Part shown: one piece after another, positions 24,355 through 39,376 of the stretch | Numbering within the stretch: position 1 is the stretch's first letter | Layout of the letters: each line of letters starts with the position of its first letter | Assembly: GCA_050613775.1 (NCBI GenBank) | Contig: JBODTK010000012.1 | Coordinates: 124,001 to 188,000 of the forward strand | DNA from: Neocallimastix sp. 'constans' | Lineage: Eukaryota | DNA length: 64,000 nucleotides | Reading direction: 5' to 3' | Notes under the pieces: generated by a model | The model's input: only the letters and a program-made list of their open reading frames with translations | The model's database searches: none | What the model was told of the DNA's origin: nothing | Position numbers and translations under genes: made by a program

Positions 24355-25725
24355 TTATTCTTCTTCTATATCTTTTGGTGTTGTCTTTTTTGATCCATAA
24401 TTAATTAAGTATTGTTCTATATCATATCTTCCATGTTGATGAACATTAGTGAGTGGTGTTTCACCACGATTATTTTTTTTATTTAGATCTGCCCCATTTT
24501 CTAATAAACATTTAATAATATTTATGTTTGTTTTACAACATGCCGTAAATAATGCTGTTTCACCCTTACTGTTTTCTTTATTTATATCTGCACCTTTTTC
24601 AATTAAATAATTTACTATGGCTTCATTTTCATATTGACAGGCAGAAAATAACGCCGTTTCTCCGTACGCATCTTCCTTATCTATATTGGCACCATTTTCA
24701 ATTAAATATATTGCAAGACTTGTATGTTTTCTTTTAATGGCATAAAACAGTGGTGTTTCCCCTAATTTATTTTCTTTATTAGGAGAGGCCCCATGTTTTA
24801 ATAAAACTTTGACTCCATTCAAATTTCCTTTATAACTGGCATCAAGTAATGGTATGGTGTACCTGAAGTTTTCTTTATTTATATCTGCCCCATGTTCCAC
24901 TAGAAGTTTTATAATCTTTTCATGATTATATTGATAGGCCCTAAATAATGGGGTATCCCCATACCGATCTTCTTTATTGATATTAAGTCTTTTCTCAATT
25001 AAATATTTTACTATAGTTTCATTACCACCTTGACAAGCCATAAATAATGCAGAATGACCCATTGGATCTTCTTTATTGATATCCGCTCCAAGTTCAATTA
25101 AATATCTAAATAAATTTTCATTTCCCAACTTACAGGCAACAAATAATGGAGTTTCATTAAATTTATTAAATTTATTGATATTAGCGCCAAGTTGAATTAA
25201 ATATTGAATTAATTCCTTTTTTCCATCCTTACATGTACCCATAAAATAGGCATGATGGAAATCATCCAAACAGTTGCTTAATGAAACTTTATATTTTTCA
25301 TTATAAATTTCTTTTAATAATGATGATGTTGTCGTTGTCGTCACTTTATTCTTATTAATATTTTTATATTGAATTAGCATCCATTTAATAAACTCATTAT
25401 CATAAAATTTAAAATTTTCAAAAATAACCTTTAATAATTTCACCTGATTATCTTTTATTAATCGTTTTATTAAAGTATTGGATAGGAGTAGGAAGTCATT
25501 ACAATTTTTTATAATGAAAGATAATCTATCAGGTGAAAGAAAATTATTTTTATATATTTCAAGAACAATATCATTTTTTATGGTGGTGTCTGTTAAAATA
25601 TTTATTTTTTTAATATCCTTTTCATCGATTGCTTTAATGAATGAATCTATTTTAAAGACTTCATTTAATCCTTCTAAATTATTATTATTTAAATTATTTT
25701 TTTCAATAAAATTTATTTTATTCAT
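24355..25725 (-). CDS. Ankyrin-repeat protein (456 aa from MNKINF), distant relative of paralogs 1-3
   Basis: Intact ORF with ~8-9 ankyrin repeats; shares KFYDNEFIKW(M/L)L..YKN. ATG at 25725 preferred over the upstream TTG start in low-complexity sequence. Confidence 0.9.
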   Translation of the reverse strand: MNKINFIEKNNLNNNNLEGLNEVFKIDSFIKAIDEKDIKKINILTDTTIKNDIVLEIYKNNFLSPDRLSFIIKNCNDFLLLSNTLIKRLIKDNQVKLLKVIFENFKFYDNEFIKWMLIQYKNINKNKVTTTTTSSLLKEIYNEKYKVSLSNCLDDFHHAYFMGTCKDGKKELIQYLIQLGANINKFNKFNETPLFVACKLGNENLFRYLIELGADINKEDPMGHSALFMACQGGNETIVKYLIEKRLNINKEDRYGDTPLFRAYQYNHEKIIKLLVEHGADINKENFRYTIPLLDASYKGNLNGVKVLLKHGASPNKENKLGETPLFYAIKRKHTSLAIYLIENGANIDKEDAYGETALFSACQYENEAIVNYLIEKGADINKENSKGETALFTACCKTNINIIKCLLENGADLNKKNNRGETPLTNVHQHGRYDIEQYLINYGSKKTTPKDIEEE

Positions 25726-26889
25726 AATAAAATAATAATAATAATAATAATAATGAAAATTGAAATAAAAATACAAAAAAATGAAATAAAAAATATATTT
25801 AAAATTTTATTAATATAATGTTATGTATGATTAATAATTATTTTATTCTTAAAGTTATTGCAATTAATTCAAAATGTTATTAAAAAAAAATAGTAAATTA
25901 AAAACACTTTAAAAATAATTAAAAATTAAAAAAGACAAAAGATTTATATATATAATAAAAAAAAAGAATTTTATTTTATATAATAATTTTTGAAACTTTA
26001 ATTATTACAAGAATATAAAAATAAAATAATAAATGATATAAAAAAAAAAAAGGAAAAGAAAAAAAAAAAAAAAAAAAATATATATATACATATATTTAAA
26101 GAAAGAGAGAGAGAACATGATTAATTAATAAGCAAAATTAAAAAATATATATAAATGTATTATATATATATAAAGGGAACAAGGTTAGATTTAAAGTAAA
26201 AATGGGGAAAAAAAATTATTTTTTTAATAATTGATAAAGTTTCATATATATACATATTTTATATTTATTTTTATTTTTTTATTTTTTATTTCTATTTTTT
26301 AATATATATATAAAACCATAATGAATTTAATAAAATAAAAAATAAAAAATAAAAAAATAAAAAAATAAAAAATAAAAAATAAAAAATAAAAAAAGAAATC
26401 AAATTCAAACAAACAAACAAACAAAAAAAAAAAAAAAAAAAAAAAAAAAAGATAAATAATAATAATAATTAAAAATTATATTAATTTAATTTTTTAATAA
26501 ATTCATTATATATATATATATATATATAATTTCCAACAACTGAAAAAAATAAAAAAATATTAAAATTTTCATGAAAATAAATAATATAAAATATTAAATT
26601 ATTAAATATTAATATTATTATTACTATTAATTTATCAAATTAAAATTTATATATATATCATAAAAAAAATAAATAACAAAAACTACATATATATATTTAA
26701 TGATGTATATATTAATATAAAAAAAAAAAAAAGACATAAATATTTTTAAACTAAAACATTTGTTTATACCGAATTTCAATCACTCTTATATGATTTTTAA
26801 TTGTTAATAAAATTTACTAATATGGAAATATATAAAATATATTATCATATATATATATATAAATATCTTAATCTCTTAATTTTTTTTTC

Positions 26890-26922
<33 letters not shown>

Positions 26923-27117
26923 TTATTTTTTATAATTTATTTTATAATTTATTTTTTTATATATTTTATATTTTTTTAAAATTTTAAAAATTTTTTTTTT
27001 ACGTTGTAATAATTTCATTCTTTATAATATATATATATTATTACTTTTTATTTTAAATTTAAATATAAATATATATACTTTTTTTTATTAATTTTCAAAT
27101 GTATATTTAAAATCTAT

Positions 27118-27401
27118 TTAGTTGTCATGACCATCTTCAGTATTATCAACTTCATCTAATTCAGGATCAAATGGCTTAGGTTGTTCAATATCTAATAAAT
27201 TACTATCAACTTCTTTTTCAACTATTTTCGTTAATAAATATAAAAATATAAAAATATATAGAATATATTATATACATATATAATAATAATAATTAACAAT
27301 AATAAATAAATAATATATATATATTTAGAATATAGAATAAATAATTAATAATAAAAAAGTATATATAATTTATTATATAAATAATTATTAAATATATATT
27401 A

Positions 27402-27459
<58 letters not shown>

Positions 27460-27698
27460 TAAATCAAATTGAATATTAACAAATTCAATTTTCTCTTCTG
27501 GGTAATTTGCATTGGTACAACAAACCAATTTTAATGGTTGGTTATTTAAGTATTTTAAGATATTAATGTTAATACCGAGACTAATATCAAATGTATTAAG
27601 ATTGATAAATCTATAATATAATATAATTTAAAGTAGAAAAAAAAAAAAAAAAAAAAAACATATATATATATATATAAATATATATAACATTAAGTAGA

Positions 27699-27742
<44 letters not shown>

Positions 27743-28981
27743 GTAGAAAAAAAAAAAAAACATATATATATATATATATAACATTATAAAAAAAAAATAG
27801 TATTTTATATATTATATAGTTATTATAAGTAAGTATATATATATATTAGAAGTAGTATAATAGAGTCAATATTATTATTATTTTCTTTACTTACGGAGCA
27901 AAGACTATTATTATATTATTATTCAATAATTATTAATTATATATAAATTAATAAATAGATAAATAAGATAAATATATATATATTATTATTATTAGTATGT
28001 TTCAAATAATTAATAAAAAGAAAAAAAAAAATAAAAATAAAAAATAAGATAAAATAAATATGTTGTGAACTATTAATAATGAATACTAATTATAAAATAA
28101 ATAAATGATAAATTTAAATTAAAAATAAACTTTATATATAAAATAATAAAATAAAACAAAATTAAGTATAGTTATGTATTAAAAAAAAGAAAAAAATTTT
28201 TTTTCATCTTTTTCATACTTTCAAGATTATAGATTTTATCTGTAGTGAAATTATTATTAATTCTATTTTCTTCTTTTTGGAAATATTTTCTACGAGCAGA
28301 TAAATTATCTACATCAAATGGTCTTTCTGCACCTTCGTCATTAAATAATAATGTTGTATCTTCTTTTAATTCCTTAGTACCACCCCAAACCCATTCATCT
28401 AAGTAAACATCAGGATTGATACCATAAGCTTCTGGTTCTGTGGTAGCTAAACATCCTTGAGTAAATGAAGTACGATTAGTATTTTTAAGTTTATCCCATG
28501 GAATTTCTGGAAGTTGATCGATAGGGGTTTTAGCCTTAGTTACATTAACGAAATTCATTTGACAGAGAACAGGAGAAGTCATGCTTGGATGTTCTTCAGA
28601 AATATGATTTTCTAATGCTGGGTCAATCATTTGAGCTAATCTAATAGCTAAATTAGCACCAATAGGTAAAGTTACCTTATTATCGAAAGCACCTCCAAAA
28701 TTAAGATGATTCATATTCCAATCCTTTCTGAATCTTCCTTGAAGTTGAACTGAGAATAAACGTCTTCTCTTTCCGAAATAGTCAGTCATTGGAATTGGTG
28801 GTGTATTATCTGGAGTGACTCCAGCAAAATTGACAACTCTAACAGTTACATTTCCAATAAAATCTTTATCATAAACGAATAATGGTTTAGAATCATTATT
28901 TACATCACATAATGTAAGAACTTCTGAATTTGGACCAATTCTAACTCTTAAAACTTTTGCTGATTCTTCCTTTTTTCCCAT
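27118..28981 (-). CDS. DUF1769-like fungal protein; exons 28981-28219, 27904-27895, 27610-27459, 27221-27118
   Basis: Motif YFGKRRRLFSVQLQGRFRKDW...FGGAFD; GT-AG splicing gives a continuous frame YNLEI-FAP-FINLNTFDISLGININILKYLNNQPLKLV...DLV-EKEVD...HDN*. Family call from motif recall. Confidence 0.82.
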
Positions 28982-28985
28982 GATG

Positions 28986-29016
<31 letters not shown>

Positions 29017-30004
29017 TTATTATATTTTATTATTCTAACTTTTTAGTTTTGGATTATTTAAATAAATAGAATAAAAAAAAAAAAACTTTTTTTTTTATTA
29101 AGATTTATTCAAACCTTGTAAAATTGTTCACATAGAATAACAAATAAATAATATTTAATATAATATTAAATAAGAATATGTATAAATATAATATATATAT
29201 ATATATAATAATAATAATATCATTATTATTAAATATAAATAAAAATATAAATATTAAAAATAATAAATTAGTTATTGTCAAAAACCGATATAAGATATTT
29301 AATTCTTTTATTATATGATTTATTTTCACATTAATAAACTTGAAATATATATAATATATATATATTATGGTAAATAAATAATTTTACTTCTAAAAAAAAT
29401 ATAACATCATTTATATTATATATATATTATTTATACTTTAAAAATTTATATATCAAAAATTCTTTTTTTATTTAAAATTTTTATTTCTCAAATATATAGT
29501 TTTATATATATATTGAAAATATCATAATATTAATATAATATTTATTTAGTTGGTCTTATTTTTACTTATTTTTTTTTTTATAAAATTTATACTTTACACT
29601 TGACTAATATCATTTAAAAAATATTGCTATTATTTTTTTTATATTTTTTTTTTTCTCTATAAATTAATCATTAATTTTAAAATAAACAATAATTGCTTTC
29701 TTAAATCTACTAATACCGGCTAAAAAAAACATTATTTTTTTTTATCATTTTTTATCTCTATTAATTAAACATTATATTTAGAGTAAGCAATAAATTTATT
29801 TCTAAATTTTAAGTTTATAAAATAATATTAATAGTATTAATAGTATAATATTCTATTTATTGATATATTTATTAAAAAAATATAATATTTATATAAATAA
29901 TTCAATTTTTGAATAGTTTTAATATTTCTAAAAATTTATTGAGGGAAAATTTATTTTATTTTATTTTATTGTATTTTAATTAATTTTTTATTCTTTTTTT
30001 TCTT

Positions 30005-30035
<31 letters not shown>

Positions 30036-30860
30036 GTTTTTATTCTTAATTAAATTTATAAAATATATGAAGTATGTAACATATTTAATATAAAGACATA
30101 TCTGTATATTTTAAATTAAAACTTTTTTTTATGTTGAAATCATTTTAATTTATTTAAATCCCGTATAAACTTATAAATACTGATATATATAAATATATAG
30201 TCAAAAAATTATATTATGTTAATAATGTATATTGCTCAAATTTACTTTATGATAAAGGTCTTATTTTAATAAAAAGTTTTCTTTGTTTTTTTATTTTTTT
30301 TTTTTATTTTTTATTATTTTTTTTAAAAAAAAAAAAATGAAAAAATATTTAATTAAATTTTTTATGTTATTATAGTTTGGGTTTAGGCATTTTTAATCTT
30401 ACAATTTGTAATCAATTAATTGGAAATTACGTATTAGAAAATAGGTTATCATTAATATTTAAATTTAAATAAAATCATTAAAATCATTGAATAATTAAAT
30501 AATTAAATGATAAATAATTGAATAATAAATAATAAAAAGAGTATTTATTAATAAATAATAAATAATAAATAATAAATAATAGATGATAAAAAAAGAGTAT
30601 TTATTAATAATAATAAATAATAAATAATAAATAATAAATAATAAATAATAAATAATAAATAATAAATAATAAATAATAAATAATATATAATAAATATTAG
30701 ATAATAAATAAATAATAAATAATATATAATATATAATATATAATAAATATTAGAAAATAAATAATAAATAATAAATAATAAATAATAAATAATAAATAAT
30801 AAATATTAGATAATAAATAATAAATAATGAATATTTTTAAAATGATTAACACAAATAAAA

Positions 30861-30923
<63 letters not shown>

Positions 30924-32949
30924 ATTTATTAAATAAATATATATAATTAATTAAATAAATAAATAGATAAATGAATAAATTATTATAGATTTTATTTAAT
31001 TAATATTTAATAAATGTATTTTCCATTTAATCCTATTTTTGAAAAATATAAATATAGTAAATCATATATTATAATACAATATAATATATCAGTTGATATA
31101 ATTATAATAAATTAAGTTTATAAAATGTGATTTAATTTTTTAAATTAAAAATATCAAAAAAAAATTTTTTTTTAATTCATTCATGGTGGATCCATAAAAC
31201 ATAAATAACAAATAATTATAAATAACAAATAATTATAAATAATAAGTAATTATAAATAATAAATAATAATAAATAGTTTGAAATGTATAATTAAAAATAA
31301 TTATAATAATTTATAATAATAAATAATAATAAATAATAATAATAATAATAATAATAATTTGATACAACAACAACAACAACAAAAAAACTTTCAAAATTCA
31401 TATTAAGAAATCAAAATTTCCAAAAATTATTAATATAAATAACTCTTTTAATTTTTTTTTTTTTTTTTACAAGATGACATTTAATTGAATTTTTATTACT
31501 ATTTATTCCTTGATATAGATATTTTTTATTTATTTATAGAAAAACATTCACTAATACACTTTAATAACAATATAAAAAAATTATAAATAAATTATGAGAA
31601 AAGATTATACATAAATTATGTCTTTCTAATAATAATAATAATTATAATGATAATAATATATAAAAAAGAGTAATAAGAAATACTTCAAAATTATAATTTA
31701 TTATATATTGTTTGTTAATAAAACATATATATATATATATATTTATATATTTTAAATATATTTTTATTTTATTTTATTTTACTATAAATATTATTTTAAA
31801 AATTTTATCATAATTATTAATTATAAAATTTAAGCTTTTATTTTTAAAAAAAAAATTAATAACTTCAAAAAAATTATATTATTTAAAATTTATATTGAAC
31901 AACTATTAATAGATAGAAGAAAAAAAAATAGTTCATCTTTAAAATTATAAATGATCAACTATTAATAGATAAATTAACCCATGATATTAAATTATTAAAA
32001 GCAACTATTATTAGATATTTTTTTTTTTTTTTTTTTTTTTTAAAATAAAAAATAAACATATTAAATCTCTTTTTAATGCAATCTTTAATTAGTCAAGACT
32101 ATTCAATATAAAACAACTTTAAATATATTTTTATAAATGTCAATTATATCATAAATTTCAATATTTCTCATTTCTTAGTAATTATTATTTTCTCTGTAGT
32201 TTTAATTATAAATTATTCTTCCAATTATGCGATTTTTTTTTCCATTAATCCTTAATTGGAATATATATCTATTTATATTTTTTAATTTTTCTTATTTCAG
32301 TTACTAATTTTTTTTTTATTTAATTATTAATTAAAAAACATGAAATTTTATATTTATTATTGAAAAACAATAAATAATTATAATAATTAATATTATATAA
32401 TTAAATAATAAATAATAAATAATAAATAATAACATAAAACTATTAATTAATAAAAAAAAATCAAAATATATTATATGATAAATTTTTTATGGATATAAAT
32501 TTAAATATACTAAATTAAATATTTGAAAATTTTTTGATCAAATCATTTACTTTTTTAGTGACTGATTTGTTTCTATGACAATTAAAACATAAATACTTAA
32601 TTATATGAAATACTCATAGAATTAAACTCTATATGAAATATATGATTATATAATTACTCTACAGGAATAAAATATATTACTGAACAAAAAATTAATATTT
32701 ATGATTTAATAGGCTAGATCATTGTATAATTTTTATATTAAATAATTAATTTTTAAAATAAATATTTAAATAATTTTTTTTTAATTATTCTTTTATTATA
32801 TATTTTATTATATATTATATGTACAAGAATTATCTCCATACAAGGAAGATTCATTAATTATATATTATGAAAAGAAAAAATAAATTAAATTATTTTAAAA
32901 GTTTAATTTTTTTTTTTTTTTTTTTTTGTATTCATATTATTATATTTTA

Positions 32950-33093
32950 TTGTTAAAATCATATGTTATTTTCATAAATATACAACTTTTTTCTTTTCTT
33001 TTCTTTCTTTTTTTTTTTTTATCATTTATATTATTCATATAAGAATCTATATAATATGTATATATTTTTAATCTATAAAAATATTTAATATTT

Positions 33094-33168
<75 letters not shown>

Positions 33169-33432
33169 TAATAATGAATTATTTTTAAACTTTTATCTTA
33201 TTATAAAGTTGTAAAAATCATATGTCATTTTTATAAATACTTAAAACTTTTTTTTTTTTTTAATCTTTATTTCATTTATATAAATATCTATATTCATATT
33301 CAACTTCTATCTTTAAAGATATTTAATTTTTTTTCCTTTTTTTTTTTTTAAATAGTAAATTATTCTTAAAATCTTTATTACAATGTAAAAATCATATGTC
33401 ATTTTCATAAACATTTAAAACTTTTTTCTTTT

Positions 33433-33466
<34 letters not shown>

Positions 33467-33960
33467 ATCTTTATTTAATTTATAGAAACATTTATATGCT
33501 TATTTTCAATCTTTAAAAATATCTAATATTTTATTATATGAATCATATGCCATTTTCATAAATATTTAAAACTTTTTTGATCTTTATTTAATTTATAGAA
33601 ACATTTATATGCTTATTTTCAATCTATAAAAATATCCATATTATAATATAAAAATTATATGTCATTTTCATAAATATTTAAATAATACTTTTTTAATTTT
33701 ATTTATAATATATATATATATATATTTGAATATGAAGATATTTATTTATATATTTTAATTTCATTTTTTTTTATACAAATATTTATATATTTTATCTGTA
33801 AAATATCTAATTCTTTTTAATGTTTATTTCTTTTTTTATTTATTTTTTTTTAATTTATTTAATTTATTTAATTTATTTAATAGTTTATTATATTTTAAAT
33901 CTTATTTTAACGTAAAAATATATATCATTTTCATCAACATTTAAAATTTATTTCTTTCTT
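32950..33960. repeat. Diverged repeat anchored on aaaatcatatgtcattttcataaa
   Basis: Variants near 32955, 33214, 33387, 33540, 33651, 33915 and 36158, separated by T tracts and microsatellite. Confidence 0.6.
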
Positions 33961-33989
33961 TTTTATCTTTATTGTATTCATATAAATAA

Positions 33990-34830
33990 TTGGAATGGTT
34001 AAGGGGAGAGTGAAAACAGTTGGGCTTTTCCTTATGGACTGAAAGTTAGTAATTAAATCAGTTACCGTCATTTGGGTTCACATATAGAAGAGTATAGAAG
34101 AGAGTATAAGAAAATAAGAAAAATTTAATTTAGAAGGATGTTTTGGAGAATGTTGTTGAGATGATCTTTGATTTTATGGGAGAATTGTTTCATTAATTTT
34201 CTTGCAATTTAATGTTTTTTTTTTTTTTTTTTTTTTTCTTTTTGGAGAACTGATATTAAATTTAGTATTGATATCCATAGTAATGGTTTCTCTTTCCTTT
34301 CTTTAAAGAGATCAATTTGGATTGCCAAATTTTCTTTTATGTTTTCTGTTGTCATAAAAGTATTTTCACTTAATTCTTCTTTATTAACTATATTATTTAA
34401 ATCTAATGATTGATAAAGAGTTTTATTTTGATAATGACTTGGAAGAAATACTAAAATAATTTCATCATTATAATTAATATATTGAAATATTAATTTTAAT
34501 GATTTTAATAATTTTTTTCTTCTATTCTTTTTTATTATTGCTAATGAATTAATAAGCTTTAGAAATAATGTACATCCTTTGTTTAATATATAGATTAATT
34601 TTTTCAAATTAAATATTTTTGATTAATTCTCATATATAGGATCCTGGACTAATAAAATATTAAAAACATCAAAATTATTATTCGTTATAAGCAAACCATA
34701 TATTTTAATATGGAAATTAATTAAAAAAATACTTTTTGAATAATTTTTAAATAAAATTATTGTAATTTTCTATTCGCATGATTTTCAATAAACTGAATAC
34801 AATTTGGTAAAGAATCAGAATCCATTTTTG
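33990..34830 (-). pseudogene. Decayed coding-like remnant of unknown origin (possibly transposon-derived)
   Basis: Higher-complexity island containing the 132-aa ORF 34209..34607 with no ATG start, broken by homopolymers; no motif recognised. Confidence 0.3.
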
Positions 34831-34848
34831 TAGTAGATTATAATAAAT

Positions 34849-34879
<31 letters not shown>

Positions 34880-36442
34880 GATTGCATAAATAAATAAAGT
34901 ATAACAAAGTATTATACATATATATACATATATATATTTTATGATTGATATTTAATGTCAACAATCTTGAATCTATATATACTTAAAAAATGTCAAATTG
35001 AACCGCTATAAACTTTTCATTTTATGATGCGATATGATTATACTAAATAAATATATGAATATTAAATAAGATTCTTATTTAATGAAAATATTTAATATTT
35101 TTTACAATAAGATTAGACTTAAACACTTTGATTATTTAAATAAAATATAATTAAGTTCATAACAATAGTATAAAAAATCAGTTAAAGGTTATTAAAAGAA
35201 TCTCCTAAAATAATACAATAATATAATGTAATTAAATATTTAAAATAAAAAAGAAAAAAAATTTTTTTTAAATAAAATATATTTAAAATTTTAGGTGTTT
35301 TTACTCTATTAATATTAATCTTTCAAGTACACGACCTATCAGATGGTTAAGCTAAATATTATTACTATTATATATATTTTTAATTATATCCTAACTATTG
35401 TTTATTTAATGCTTTAAATATTATAGGAAAAATTATATATATATTTTATTATAGAAAATTCTTTTCTATTCTTTTTTTGTTAATTTTTAATTTTTATTTT
35501 TTTTTTTAGATACATGAAAATATGAAAATATTAAATGTGGCGTATTACCATAAGTAGATGTTCCTCCCTTGATGATGGTTCAAGAGATCATTGAAAAGAA
35601 GCCTGTCGTATAAAGCGGTACATAGGGAATATTTTTCATTTTAGCCTTGCTTTGAGAGAGAAGTTGAAGTCAACGTCTAAATGATATAGTAAAAAATCTA
35701 ATGAGAGTCTGAAACGTTTAAGGGAGCGATTGGAGGCCCTATTTTTCTCCCGTTTCGTTAATCCCAGTCTAAAAAAAAAAAATACTTAGAAATGCCACAT
35801 TACGAATGATAATATTTTCATATGTTTTATTTTATTTTATTTTATTTTATTCAATCTGTACTTATATTTAATATTCTACTATTTATTTTATTTTATTTTA
35901 TTTTATTTTATTTTTATTATTTTTTTTAATATTAAATAAAAAATGTTATAAAAGAAAAGAAAAGAAAAATAATAAAAAAAAAAAACAATAATTATATTTT
36001 TTTTCTATCTATTTTTTTTTTTTTTAGAAAAAAAAAAAAGAAAACCTTTTTATATACATATTTTTTATCTATAAAATATCTAATATTTTTTCTTTATTCA
36101 TTTTCTTAATATATATAATAATAAATTGTCTATAAAATATTTTATTTTATTGTAAAAAAATCATATGCTGTCTTTTTTTTTTTTTTTTTTTTTTTTAATT
36201 TTATTAATTTAATGAATTATCTTCAAATTTTTATTATTTTTTTTTTTTATATGAATAAATATTTAATTTAATTGTATTTTTCTTTTTCCTTTCCTTTTTT
36301 TTATCCATATGAATCTTAATTGTTGCTAATAGAAAAAATAATAAAAATAATAAAAATAGGAAATTTAAAATTTTTGGATTTATATAAATGAATAAGTAAA
36401 TAAATAATCTATTCGATAAATAAATAAATTAATAAAATTGAG

Positions 36443-36517
<75 letters not shown>

Positions 36518-37023
36518 ATGAGTGAATAAATAAAATAATATATAAATAAATTAATTAAAGAAATAAAAGAAGAAAAAAGTAAAAAAAGAAAGAATTTGAA
36601 AGAATTAATTAATTATAAAAGTTTATTATTTAATATTTTTCTAATAGAAAATAGAAAAAAATTTTTTATATATAAAAAAAAATTTTTTTTTATTTTTACT
36701 ATTTTCTAGAATTTTTTTTTGTTTGTTAGATTATATTCCATTGAATAATAAAAAAAAAATAGGATAAAAAAGAAATTTCAAAATTTTTAATTATTTTATA
36801 AAAAAAAAATATTAATAAAAAAAAAAAAAAAAATAATATTAATCAAAAATAATTCAACTATTGAATTTATACCAATATTTAAATTTTCAATTTTTATAAA
36901 AATTTAATTTTCTTATTTTTATATTATAAAACAGATTAATCATAAATTATTATTAGAAAGAAATTACATAGTATAATCATAATTATTTTTTATAAAGAAA
37001 AAAAAAAATTATGTAAAAAAAAA

Positions 37024-37193
37024 ATGGATCAAGAAACCGCACAAAAATTATTTTATAATGCTGGAATTATGGTATTCCTTGATGCTCCAAAAAAATTACA
37101 TTTTGGTGTTGATTATAAATCATGGCAAATTGGACCGAAATTTAAAGGTGTTAAATTTATACCACCTGGATTACATTTTATATATTATGGGTA

Positions 37194-37250
<57 letters not shown>

Positions 37251-39343
37251 TTTTTGTTTTTGTATGTAGTATTTGGATTAATTTATAATTAAATAAAAAA
37301 TGAAGATAACCAAATGATATTATCCGTTAAATTTTTTTTATTAATTCAATATATATTTTTAAATTTTTTAAATTCAACTTTTGAAATGCATTTCAAAATC
37401 TAAAATTTGAAATTTAAAATTTAAAATTTAAAATCTAATTCTTATTTTTTTTTTTTTGTATATACTTCTATAATTCTAAATTGATAACTATATATAAATA
37501 AAAATATAATTAAATATATCAGTTCAGTTAATTCTTTTGGGGATTATGGAGCTCGTTCTGGATTTTTTAAATATTTTGATGAAAAAGAAGTAAATTTTAT
37601 ACACATATAATTTAATGATTTCATTAAAATTTAAAATTTAGATTTTAAATTTTAATAAAATAATTTAAAATTAAATTTCATATTAACAAATTTATTTTTA
37701 TTTTTATTTAAATATTTAATTATTTAAATATATAAAAGATAATTGTTAAAGAATGGGATACTGAAGTTGAAGATTTGAAAGAAGATTCAGAAATGGATAA
37801 AGACCAAATTGAAAGAATAAAATATAGTAAGTTTATTTATATGAGTATTTAATAATTGACATGATAGTATTATGATACTCCTCTCGGAATTAATATTTTA
37901 TTTTATTTTTTTTTAAATTTTTTTTTTTTTTGAAAATTTTTTAAATATTAATATATTTTATATCAATTAAATATTAAAACTATTTTTAATAATAATATTA
38001 TTATTATTATTATTTTTTTCATGGTATTTTTTTAAATTCATATATTATTATTTTTATTATTAATAATAATCATTATTATCATCAAAACACACATACACAT
38101 TCTCTCTCTCACACACCCCTCTTCTCTCTTTCACTACAATATATAACTTTTTTATATATATAAAAAAAAAAAAAAAGATATAAGAGAATTTGATCAATAT
38201 TTAGGACCGTATCCTTTAATACCCCAAGATAAAGAATCAGTGAATGTGTATCAACGTTGGCTTTCTTTAACCTCTAAAATAAATAAAAAAGTAATTCAAT
38301 TGATTCTACCAAAAGGTGGTAAATTAAGTGCCATTAATTCCATTTCTCATTTTTCGGAAATTCAAGGAGAAGAAAATATAGATGGAAATAATAAAATGAA
38401 AAATAAATATTTTTTTAATCAAGAAGTAAAAACAAATAATGATAGTGATATCTTAAATGATAAAAAAGAAGAAGAAGAAGAAAAAGAAAAAGATATGGAT
38501 ACCACGATGACGAATGCTGATAATATTGATACCGATAATACCAATCAAGATACCCATACCCAAAAGGATTCTACCATTGATCAAGAAAAATATCGTTTAA
38601 ATTTTACCCTAATTGATTTAAAAAAATCGTATCCAGAACATGCCACCTCTGAAGAAATAACGAAATACAGTATCGATAAATCCTATTTATTAAAAAAAAT
38701 TCTTAAAAAAAATTATAAAGGTAAAGAAAGAGAGAAAAAATAAATAAATAAATAAATAATACATAAATATATATATATATATAATAAATTTAATATTGTT
38801 TTAATTATTATTATTAACATTTTATTTATAATTAAATATATATATATATATTATATCCGTAACTACTGTTATAATATATATATTTAATAATAATAATAAT
38901 TTTTTTTTTTTTTTTTTTTAAATCTATTTATATATTTTAATTTAATTTAATTTATTATTATTATTATTATTATTTTTTATTTAAAAAAAAAAAAAAAAAA
39001 AAAAGGTGATTTAAATCTTTTCCTTGGAGAATTTCAACTTTCTTATATTATATTTTTAATTGGACAAGTTTATGACGGTTTTGAGCAATGGAAAACAATC
39101 ATTGTTTTAATGTTACAATGTGAAGAAGCACTCGAAACGTATGGTGAAACACTTTTTAAAGAATTTTTTGGTAATATATATATATATATAAATGAAATAA
39201 TTTTTATATATTAGATAGATATAAATATATAAATTTATATATTTTTTATTTATAATTATACTTATATATTTTAATTTTTTTTTACTATTATTATTTTTAT
39301 ATATTAACTCATTTATTATTTTATATTTTACTTATATATATAT

Positions 39344-39376
<33 letters not shown>

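Noticed and set aside
37058..37288. 76-aa ORF
   Set aside because: Wrong frame of AAR2 exon 1, running into the intron poly-T.
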